Source: Macrostomum lignano (lineage: Eukaryota). From it: a stretch of 64,000 nucleotides of DNA. Positions within the stretch are counted from its first letter, which is position 1. The number at the start of each line of letters is the position of its first letter. Below are positions 49,781-61,700 of the stretch, piece by piece. Where the stretch lies: the NCBI GenBank assembly GCA_002269645.1, contig NIVC01002856.1:1-64000 (forward strand), read 5' to 3'. The notes under the pieces are model-generated. The model searched no databases, had not been told where the DNA came from, and saw only the letters and a list, made by a program, of their open reading frames with translations. The position numbers were made by a program, and so were the translations under genes.

Positions 49781-52700
49781 ATGTCGGACAGACAACAGCT
49801 GATCGAGGACCTTCGCCGTCAGGTTGATGAACTGCGCGCGGAGGTCCGCGCCAAGGACAGGCGCATAGCGGAGCTGGCCTCCCAGCTGGACAAGTACCAG
49901 TCCGTGTTCCGCAGCGGCGGCTCCCCAGTGCACGGGCCGCAGTGCCGGCGCAACCGGGGCTTAGGCATCTCGGCAGAGCCGCAGAATGAGGACACGCTGG
50001 CACTCATGCCGGAGGGCCGGACTCACGCCAAGGACGATCGGTAAGACAATGTGCCAATCAGCTAATTGAGGATCAATCTGTCTCATTGGCGTCACAATTG
50101 GTGAATCGCAGATATATCTCCGTATTACTCGTATAGATTGTGATAGACTTTCAGAAAGACTATTCTCTTGTCATTTGTCAAATTGGAACTTGTATCCTGT
50201 AAATTTCTCACGAAATAGGTCCCAACAAAGACTGACAAAAGCCAGGATCTATTTCATGAGATATTCTTGGCTTTTTTTTAGGTTTTATGAATATTTTATA
50301 AAAGCTAGCGCGCGCTTTTGAGGCTGATTTGCCTATGGTCCAACCTTGCATGGACTCTTACCAAGGACTTTTTTTCCCAGACAGATCCATCAGTTTTGGC
50401 CATAGACAAAAGCTAGGAGACCAACGAAAGTGAAAGCTTCGCAGTAAAGTTCTTGAATGAAGCTCGTTGTATCTTTTATTGAAATTTTATGATGTTCATA
50501 TCTATTAAGCCAATAAAATCGATCGACATCTACGACGGCTAGTAATGTTAGAGAGACATAAAACTTTGTGCAGTAGCTTCGCTATGGAAGTGAGCGCGAC
50601 TGCTTGCAGATAAGGAGATGGGTCCTTTGAAGCCAGTCTTAGTCCATGTGTTCTGGTGTCAAAGGCTTCAAAGATAGGAAAGTTCAAACCTCACTTTTTG
50701 CAAGCAAATGCAAAAAAGTGGCCTTTTCACCGTCTTGTCGGACACAAGAGTCTCGCTTTTCTACCTTCGATGTAGGCAAGCGCGCAATATAATGATTGCG
50801 CAGAGAGTTGAGTAGCAGAAAACCTGCACTTCATTAAGAAAAATTGGTGCGACAAGATAGTGGAGAGAAATGACCATGGGTACTGCAGAGCCTATTTCAA
50901 GGAGAGATTCGCTAAAATCGAGTGAATCTATGACCTCCTACTGCCACTAGTAGTGAGTACAGGGCGTTTATTGAAAAAGCGTGTGTTTTTTCCAGGGACT
51001 ACTCAATTCTCGGGACGGGAAACGGCCAAATCATGCAGAAAAAAGATGGAGGCCGATTTTCTCTGTTCTCTGCTGATCTTATGTTTTATCGCAAGAGCTT
51101 CAGCTTTTCACTATGTACACAAAATTTATCCCTCTTCAACTTCCTGTAGCCTGTTTCTACTCAAATAATTTCGGATAAATGCTAGGAGACATTTTATACA
51201 GTACCCCTTTAATACACAAACTCGATGCTTGATAAGCCAAGTGCATCTGTTGTAGAAGTCTATGGGAAACATTGAAGCAAGAAGTGAAAGCTTGTATTAT
51301 ACGAGAAGTTATGCAACATAAGATATAAGATTAACAAAACTGTTGTATATACGTAGTCAATACATGTATACCAAGATTTGGAAAACGATCGCGCTAGAAT
51401 ACACACTATTGTGCACTAGAATTATTCAACAACACCAAATGCATAAGTACAAGAAACACAACATTCACAACAAGCATATAAAGAACAATAAACACGATAA
51501 GAGCAAAAGGCAAGAGAACCACAAGCAAGTGCAAAACGCACATGAACCAGAACAAACAAAGTCAGCATAACAAAGTATCCCAATAGTAGTGAGCAAATAT
51601 AAGCAATGCGACAAATCGAATTCGTAATCCAGTAGTCTCAGTCGGTATCAATCGCGCTTATAAACGAGACGAACTGCGTAGCTTTGTGATTTTACGATCA
51701 CTTGCGTCTGGTGTTTGTTCTGCAGTTTTGCAGTTTCGCACAAGTCCTTTGAAAAAGCAGTTTGATAGGCGACGAGTCACCGAAGTGGTATGAATGTCCT
51801 TGTCTGGAAAGAAATATTCGGCGATAGCATTGAATATCTGTTGCACACGGGTTGCACAGCTTGGTGAATATGATGTGAAGCTAGCATAACAAAGGCGTGA
51901 GAATTGGAAAAGCCATTCTGGTGGATGCGCTAGCTTTCCACGGGAAACAAGCTCCGTAAATTCGCATGGTTCATTTCGTGCTGCTTCTGCGTCAGCGGGA
52001 ATTCCTTCCTTTGCTGCAACGTAGCCTAGGTAGTTAAAACCAAAAAGATAAATGAAAGTAGATATATATATACGAATATTATTATACTCGTGCAAGAATA
52101 CAAAATTGCTTGAAGAAGCAATTTGAAACTTACCTGAAATGTAATATAGGGCAGCATTCTTCCAACTCGTCCGGTTTAAAATTTCTTTCGGCAGACAAAA
52201 CGCGACGGACTTTTGGTTTTCTCGCTAATGCTAAAATTATGGATGTAAGCAATGCGATGGAGAATCGTTTGTATGTTGGTAGCGCAATACGTGTACAGTT
52301 TATGTATTAACAAATTTTCACATTCCGATTGAAAAAAACATGATGGGGGAATTGCAACGTCAAAGACGGACGGCGGGTCGACAGATCGCTCATATCTGCT
52401 GCGTTTTATCATTGGCACTGATATTGGCCAGTGCTTCTCGCATACTGCCATATGCGGTGTTGGATCCTGTAGAATTATGAGCGGTGTGCTACAGAAACAA
52501 AACCTCGCAAAACTTGTCCTTCCGAACAAGAGAGACAATGCACTGTCTCTCCAACTTGCCCAGCAGAGAGTAAAATCACGAATTTCATTATTACCAGTTT
52601 ACTACTCGACTCACCTTGATGACATTTGGTAGAGCCAGTCGCCATTTTTCCTTCTCTATAGGATTTTTCGTTTTTTCGTTCAAATAGTTCGACTTGCATG

Positions 52701-55700
52701 ATTGCACACAGCATTTCCTTGGCATGAATGCGAAAAAACGCAAAGCAAAATTAGGAAGAGCAAATGAAAATTTCTGTCGTGTCGTGGCTACCCAGCCAAG
52801 TTAACTCACAGAGGAGTCCAAAGTTGACTATTTATTTGCATTCTATGGTATCAGTCCTTACCTTATAGGCCATCGTATAATACAAGCTTTCACTTCTTGC
52901 TTCAATGTTTCCCATAGACTTCTACAACAGATGCACTTGGCTTATCAAGCATCGAGTTTGTGTATTAAAGGGGTACTGTATAAAATGTCTCCTAGCATTT
53001 ATCCGAAATTATTTGAGTAGAAACAGGCTACAGAAAGTTGAAGAGGGATAAATTTTGTGTACATAGTGAAAAGCTGAAGCTCTTGCGATAAAACATAAGA
53101 CCAGCAGAGAAAAGAGAAAATCGGCCTCCATCTTTTTTCTGCATGATTTGGCCGTTTCCCGTCCCGAGAATTGAGTAGTCCCTGGTTTTTTCCAACAATT
53201 ATTTTCCACGGCTTCGTTTCATGGACTTCTGAAGTAGGAGGAACCTGTACTTCCCGCCCGTTTGAATTTTATTGACCGCTATTTTAAGAATGCTTTAGTT
53301 TTCGAAGTCTGGTACGTTGCAGATTTGTTTTTATCCTCAAAGTTTCAAAGATTTTATTCTTTTTCAAGATAAAGTGACTAGCATTTATAGCTTTTGCTCC
53401 GTCAAAAACTTTGCACAAAATTACTTTTTTAAGCGTTATTCTACTGCAACTTGCAACAAGTCAGTTGAGTCATACTATTATGTTTTCGATTAACAAGCAG
53501 CTGCAGGGGGGCTCCAGGCATTCCGCTATACCTATACCCTGGCGACCACACACAGCTAGTGCTGCGGTGCCGCGCAGGGAAATCCGGTGGTGCCGGTGTC
53601 CTCAGCGTGGTCCCCCTCCGGAGAGTCCAGGAGGTGAAAGTGGATGGTCGCTCGTCCGGTGGCCCTTAGGTAGGAACTGGCAGAGATTCTCGGGCCTAAA
53701 ATGTCGGAAAGGTCCGGGTTTGGGCTGAGGTAGGTGAGCCTGTCCTGAGCAGAGGCGGGGCATTCACAGATGAAGTGCTCCGCATTTTAGCACCGGAGAG
53801 GCAGAAGGATTTTTTTCACCGCGAATTTTCCCTGGTAGCAATGGCTGCCTGGAAAAACAGCCATTCTCTAAGAGGGCCGTGGTCACCGCCCTGATGTTTC
53901 TGCGGTTGAGTCCAAGCAGGACCCTGGGGAGGTCGTGGGAAGGGCAGGGGACTGCCATGCGGGATTGCCGGCCGTCAGAGCTCACAGCCAGTAAAGCCAG
54001 AATATATGCACCTGAAGCAGATACTCGTACATAATCAACTGCTTGAACATTTCCCGTCAAAGAGCATGCCGTCGACTTCAATTTCAGAGAGAATTTCTTC
54101 AAAAAATCATCTGCACCTCTCCCAGTGCAATTCAATTCCATTGAGTGAGAGAGAACAGTGAGGGAATTAGACAAGAAGCGAGGAAGGCGCTTGGGGCGTC
54201 GAATTCGCCTCGTGCTGCGCGGTGCCCACCTTCTCGACTTTCCACCGAATGCTTTATAAAAGAGTCCTAAAACGTGAATCGGGCGCTCCCGGCTAAAGCA
54301 GATTGAAAGTGCTGCTCAGCTCAGCAGTTGTTCTGTTCCTCGCTTCCCCTCTATCCTCAGCTTCTCTGCCATAGGAGCGGAAAGAAGAGTCAGGAGGGAA
54401 TAGGAGTCAGAGGAGGACGGCTCAGCCGGGGAAAAACTGCTATGGCTTTTGCGTCTTGTAGCCGAGCTGCTCTCGAGCTGTAGGTGAGCGCAGTCCATGG
54501 GTACTCTCAGAGAGTTGCAGTTCGCCTTGCAACTGAAGCTGCAGGAGCTTCAGCAACGGGATCGGCTTATTGACGAGCTCGAGTCTGAGCTGGACGCTCG
54601 GGAATGCCTGATCGAGCGGATGCAGGAGCAGATCGAGCGGCTGCAGTCGCTGCTGGAGCGCTGCAGGCCGGACATCAGCCCGCCAAGGCTGTCAGCGGCC
54701 GCCGCTCCGGCCAGCTGGTGGCGCAGGCCGCAGCAGCTTCGGGTGAAGCGGACAGCGGTCAGCAGCGAGTCCACGACCGCCATCGCCAGCCATTCAGCTG
54801 TTCGGAGGGCGCAAGTTGCGGGCGCCAGGTACTCGGGGATCGTGGAGACTGTGCCGAGATGAGGCAACTTTTCAACAAAAGCGATGTCAGATATGCACAA
54901 TATTGTAGCTTTTGAGATCCGTCTGCTGACTTCTTACTGGACGTTATTGTAGAGGGGCTCCGGCAAGATTGTAGCTTTTGAGATCCGTCTCCTGACTTCT
55001 TACTGGACATTACTGTAGAGGGGCTCCGGCAAGATTGTAGCTTTTGAGATCCGTCTGCTGACTTCTTACTGGACATTGCTGTAGAGGGGCTCCGGCAAGA
55101 TTGTAGCTTTTGAGATTCGTCTGCTGACTTCTTACTGGACGTTATTGTAGAGGGGCTCCGGCAAGATTGTAGCTTTTGAGATCCGTCTCCTGACTTCTTA
55201 CTGGACATTACTGTAGAGGGGCTCCGGCAAGATTGTAGCTTTTGAGATCCGTCTCCTGACTTCTTACTGGACATTGCTGTAGAGGGGCTCCGGCAAGATT
55301 GTAGCTTTTGAGATCCGTCTCCTGACTTCTTACTGGACATTGCTGTAGAGGGGCTCCGGCAAGATTGTAGCTTTTGAGATCCGTCTGCTGACTTCTTACT
55401 GGACATTGCTGTAGAGGGGCTCCGGCAAGATTGTAGCTTTTGAGATCCGTCTGCTGACTTCTTACTGGACGTTGCTGTAGAGGGGCTCCGGCAAGATTGT
55501 AGCTTTTGAGATCCGTCTGCTGACTTCTTACTGGACGTTGCTGTAGAGGGGCCCCGCTCTGGCCGTCGCAGGCGACCACGGACAGCTAGTGCTGCGGTAC
55601 GGCGCAGAGAGGTCTCTGGTGATGCCATTAAATAACGGAATAGCTGGCAGAAATTCTCGGGCCTGAAAACTTCTGGGAGGTCCGGGTTTGGGCCGAGTTA

Positions 55701-58700
55701 GGTGAGCCTGTCCTGAGTAAAGGCGGGGCATTTAAAGATAGAGTGCTCCGAATTCTCAACACTGGAGAGGCAGATGAAGATTCCCCTGGAGTTAGCGATG
55801 ACTGGAAAAACAGCCATGAGCTGATAGGGCCACAAGGACAGCCTGATGTTCCTGCGGTCGAGTCTGAGCAGGGCCCTGCGGAGCGCGGAAGAGGGACAGG
55901 AGGCAGCAGCGCCGTTAGCCTCTATTGCTTTCAGTGTATTCTCATTTACTGTAAGATTATGAAGACTCTACCGATTTAATTGTTACACACGGCTTCATAA
56001 CTATAAATTTCACAGAACCCGCGAAGTTATCAAACGAGCCATCATGGAGAACGCGTTTATGAAGAATCTGGAGAATGGACAGATCTGCGAAATTATTGAC
56101 TACATGTACCCGCTGTCTCACGCCACTGGCGCCCTCATCATTAAGCTGGGCGAAGTGGGATCGCTGGTCTACGTCATGGAAGGTGAGCTGTCACTGTTTT
56201 GTCGAATAGGAAAAAGCTGATGCGTACTCACTGAACTTAATCATGTCTAAATATGCAACGGTGGTATTTTTCTGTCTGACGGGGTATTCTGTTGTCTGGT
56301 AGGGGTATTCTGTCTGGTAGGGATATTCTGTCTAACAGGGGTATTCTGTCTAACAGTGGTATTCTGTCTAACAGTGGTATTCTGTCTAACAGGGATACTC
56401 GATCTAGCAGAGGAATCTGTCCATCATGTGTATCCCTGTTGAACAGATGAGGCAAACTTTAAAATTCATAAATTTGAAACAACTGCAGAGGGCAAAGCTG
56501 AGGTGACGAATACAAAGGACGAGAAAATCAATGAGATCGGCCCCTGCACAGTGTTCGGGGAGCTGGCCATTCTGTACAACTGCAAGCGGACGGCTACAGT
56601 TAAGGGTGAGCAAATCTCGCCTGTTTATATTCAGTTTAAATGAGTTCGATATAATGCTGAGCTGGGCCTTTCCTGCAGCAATCACCAACTGCAAGCTCTG
56701 GGCTATCGATCGGCAGACTTTCCAATCGATCATGATGAAGACGGGCATGCTGAAGCAGAAAGAGTACATCGACTTTCTCAGCAGGTGAGCTCCACCGAAA
56801 CCTTTTACGAGATTAGTTCGACTTTTTTGGAAAGCTTGTTGTTATTTCTCTTATGGCATATTGTCTTGAGGCAATAAGACAGAGTCGTATGACTCAGGGG
56901 TGTAGGGCCAAGATCATTCATTGGGGCGCCAAGGGCGCCAGCACCAAGGGCGCCAGCACCAAGGGCCCCTTGTTCTGTGGCTACGCTCCTGCTTTGATTT
57001 ATGATGTTTGGCAAGTAATTAGTCCCAATTTTGCCTCCACTCCAGCGTTCCAGCCTTCAAGGAGCTGCCCGATGAGACGTTGAGCAATCTGGCCGACGTA
57101 CTCGAGACCGACCACTATCCGGACGGTGAGTACATCATCCGGCAAGGTGCCAAAGGCAACACGTTCTACATCATCGCCAAGGGCACCGTCAGGGTGACGA
57201 AGCGCGATTCGGCAACCGGGGAGAGCGTGTTCCTGCGCAACATGGGCCGCGGAGACTGGTTCGGCGAGAAGGCGCTGAGCGAGTGAGTCTGGGGTCTCAT
57301 AATTTTGCTTGTACTCAGCAACAGTTAACCTCCTCCCCCTTAACTCACGCTATCACGCGGCACAGAAGTTAGGCAATGTCATTGGTGATACAGTATCGTG
57401 TTAAGGTACTACCGGCTTGCAAAGTGTAAAAGTGTCTCTATCCTTGAATTTTAGGATTGAACAATACGAGCTCGTAAACTAAGAAATGCAAGTCCCCGTT
57501 ATTGTCCCTACTTTCATGAGCATGATTCTGCGCACCCCATTTCCGTGTACCTTTTTGAACCATCCTTGAGCGAAGTATTTTTTTAGTTTCAGACAAGCCT
57601 TTGCACTCATTTAATCGTCTAACTAATCGTCTAATTAATTATGTAAAACATAAAAGAAGCGTCCTGTCAGACATAAAAGAAGCGTCATGTCAGACATAAA
57701 AGAAGCGTCATGTCAGACATAAAAGAAGCGTCATGTCAGACATAAAAGAAGCGTCATGTCAGACATAAAAGAAGCGTCATGTCAGACGTAAAAGAAGCGT
57801 CATGTCAGACATAAAAGAAGCGTCATGTCAGACATAAAAGAAGCGTCATGTCAGACGTAAAAGAAGCGTCATGTCAGACGTAAAAGAAGCGTCCTGTCAG
57901 ACGTAAAAGAAGCGTCATGTCAGACGTAAAAGAAGCGTCCTGTCAGACATAAAAGAAGCGTCATGTCAGACATAAAAGAAGCGTCATGTCAGACATAAAA
58001 GAAGCGTCATGTCAGACGTAAAAGAAGCGTCATGTCAGACGTAAAAGAAGCTTCATGTCAGACATAAAAGAAGCGTCATTTCAGACATAAAAGAAGCGTC
58101 ATGTCAGACATAAAAGAAGCGTCATGTCAGACATAAAAGAAGCGTCATGTCAGACGTAAAAGAAGCTTCATGTCAGACAAAAGAAGCATCATTTCAAACA
58201 TAGAGGATTTCATTGAGAATTGCTAGGCTTACGGGGGAATTGCTGAGATGTCAAAGCTGAGGTCAGAAGCTACATGCAGTTTATTCAAAAAAATTATTTC
58301 ATTTTTTGTTGGCTCCCCAACGGGAGGGCGCTGATTAGTTTAGTTTAGTATATTAGTAAATAGTTTGGTATTAATCTAAAATTCTTACCCATATATCCAA
58401 GCCACTAATGCACGCACAATCTTGTGCTTGTTCGATCCTCAATTTTGTTTCAGCGAAGACGTGCGAACTGCCAATATCATAGTTGAAGATTCAGAAGGCG
58501 TCGACTGTCTCGTGCTGACTCGCGAGTAAGTAATAAGTTAGTTAATGAGTGACGTCGAGTCAGATAGGGAGGGACCTCGAGTTAGATATGGAGTGACGTC
58601 GAGTCAGATTGGGAGTGACGTCGAGTCAGATTGGGAGTGACGTCGAGTCAGATTGGGAGTGACGTCGAGTCAGATTGGGAGTGACGTCGAGTCAGATTGG

Positions 58701-61700
58701 GAGTGACGTCGAGTCAGATTGGGAGTGACGTCGAGTCAGATTGGGAGTGACGTCGAGTCAGATTGGGAGTGACGTCGAGTAAGATTGGGAGTGATATCGA
58801 GTCAGATTGGGAGTGACATAGAGTCAGATTGGGAGTGACGTCGAGTCAGATTGGGTCCTGACGTCAAGTCAGATTGGGAGTGACATCGAGTCAGATTCGG
58901 AGTGATATCGAGTCAGATTGGGAGTGACGTCGAGTCAGATTGGGAGTGATATCGAGTCAGATTGGGAGTGACGTCAAGTCAGATTGGGAGTGACATCGAG
59001 TCAGATTCGGAGTGACGTCGAGTCAGATTGAGAGTGACGTCGAGTAAGATTGGGAGTGATATCGAGTCAGATTGGGAGTGACGTCAAGTCAGATTGGGAG
59101 TGACATCGAGTCAGATTCGGAGTGACGTCGAGTCAGATTGAGAGTGACGTCGAGTAAGATTGGGAGTGATATCGAGTCAGATTGGGAGTGACATAGAGTC
59201 AGATTGGGAGTGACGTCGAGTCAGATTGGGAGTAACGTCAAGTCAGATTGGGAGTGACGTCAAGTCAGATTGGGAGTGACATCGAGTCAGATTGGGAGTG
59301 ACGTCGAGTCAGATTGGGAGTGACGTCAAGTCAGATTGGGAGTGACATCGAGTCAGATTGGGAGTGACGTCAAGTCAGATTGGGAGTGACGTCAAGTCAG
59401 ATTGGGAGTGACATCGAGTCAGATAGGGAGTGACATCGAGTCAGATTGGGAGTGACGTCGAGTCAGATTGGGAGTGACATCGAGTCAGATTGGGAGTGAC
59501 ATCGAGTCAGATTGGGAGTGACGTCGAGTCAGATTGGGAGTGACGTCGAGTTACTCAGTGGGTGACGGGAAGTAACTTTCTGGGTGGAAAAGAGTTGAAT
59601 ATAAGAAATTTACAGCCTTTTAAAAAAACCTCTTTTAGGTCTTACAAGCAGTTGATTGGAGACCTAATCATCTTGGAGAGAAAGTACTCTGACGATACGA
59701 CTCCCAAGTGAGTTGCCTGAGTAAATTTTTTGCGAAATAATCACGACTGCTAAGAAATAGCTTTTTAAGTTTAAAACTGAATAGTTGTTTCATTATCAAC
59801 CATATTTATAGGATATTATTATATCCTAGTAGCCTAGTAGCAACAATAAATTCACGGAAACAAGCAAAAATGTACACTCCAACGCTCTTTAGACGCTCCG
59901 AAGAATTTCGCGGGCTGGCTCTCAGAGACCTGTACATTGTGGCAACCCTGGGAGTCGGTGGCTTTGGCCGAGTTGAACTGGTAAGAACAATTATGTTAAG
60001 ATTAGCTGTTAGACTGGTATCTCTGGTTACGTCTATAAACTTATATACAAAACGGCCCTTTAAAGTCCAGATTCAAGAGCATGTTTTTGTAGGTATAATT
60101 CGGTACATTCATGCGTCCATTTGAGTAGCAAACTAGAGCACAATCGTACATATGTAAAGTAAATCGTTGGCTCAAGTGTCTCTTCTTAACATCCCGAAGC
60201 CTCAATTGCTAGACAGACTCGAGATCTGAAATCTATAAGTCAAAGCAGGCCGTTTTTTATTTGAAAGGCTGGAAAGGAAGGATAGGGCGAACGGCAAAAG
60301 CGAGCAACTGTTATTTAGCAGATGAAGCAGGAGATTCTATTTATCCCATCTAAGCTATTATGCCCTCGCCCAGGGACCAAGGCTCCCTCTAATCCCTTTG
60401 ATGATCCGTCTGGAGCGAGCTGCCCCTCCCCACGCCCGCACGAACAGGTGCGCATCAACAACGACAACAATCGCAGCTTCGCCCTGAAGCAGTTAAAAAA
60501 GCAGCACATTGTTGAGACCCGCCAGCAGGAGCACGTGATGAACGAGCGGAGCATCCTGGCTGATACCAACTGCGAATTTATTGTCAAGTAGGTTTGCTGC
60601 CTTTTAAGTTAGCCGTTTTCTGGTTGTAAACAGGGATTTTACTTCCTGAATTTTGGCATTGTTTTCAGATTGTACAAAACTTTCAAGGACAGGAAATATC
60701 TCTACATGCTGTTGGAGTGCTGCCTCGGAGGCGAGCTCTGGACTGTGCTCAGAGACAAGTGAGATTTATCGGTCATCCTTAATTTAATTAATTGGTTGCA
60801 GATTCTTTTGTAACTGCAACTACAGTTGTATTGATTTTTTGTACTTTTAACAAGAGAAAGGACTGCATTGTGGCAGTATTGCTTATTTCTCAATCTATTA
60901 AATTGACTGGGTTATTAGCTACGGAGGCGACCCAGAGAATGACTAAATGCGATTACAGTGCAGGCCTAAAATCGCCAATACAATGGCTCTATCAGAATCC
61001 TTACGAGCGAGTGAGCGTGCTTAGAAAAGTATTTGTAATAAAACTAAACTTTGAGACTCTTTTTGAAGCAAAACAGTGGACTCGCAACATCTCAATGCAC
61101 TTCTCGATGGAGTATCTCTCCGGTGAGATGAACACCTGATTCTCAATTTAGCCGTAGACTGAAATACCAACTTAGTATTCCCATGCACAAATACCCCAAG
61201 TGTTTCCACTCCCCGCCTGTAAAAGTTTGCCACCAAGGAAGTCACCGCAGCCTCTCAGACTCGTTCGCTTCCGTTCTGAGCAGCCTGTCTTGGCCCACCT
61301 CGCAAGAGCTTTTTTCAAACTTAAAGCACTGCATAATCAACCGAGACAAGCATTCGCAGAGCCTCTGTTCGTGCTCAACACCGCAGCAGAAGCTCATAGC
61401 TCTGCAATATGAAGCGGCCGCTGCTAGAAGGGCTTGTTTTTGATGGCGAAAAAAGTTCAAAACATTTTGTTCGTAGGAAAAACTTCAAAGCAGTCAATAA
61501 GCAAAAGGTTATGCGAATCCGAATCCAACGTAAATTTACAGAGATTAATCTGCCAAGCATATCTTATTTTTGTTATCCTCATGTTTGATTGAACAGCCTG
61601 TCAATCTCTGTAATATTTTGTTAGCTCAGCTAGGTGCCTTTCCTGCTCCGTTCCCGTAGATCTTACAAGTTAGAGCTGTTTAGCTTGAGCTAAACTTGTT

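Noticed and set aside
54829-54900. Alternative reading RQLFNKSD resembling the PKG linker after exon B
   Set aside because: It needs a frameshift and has no phase-compatible GT donor, so the donor at 54828 was kept.
54759-55628. 289-aa ORF with 22-aa repeats
   Set aside because: 66-bp array read antisense within a PKG intron.
56894-56990. Small MITE (CAGGGGTGTAG...CTACGCTCCTG)
   Set aside because: Only an 11-bp imperfect inverted repeat and no matching TSD.
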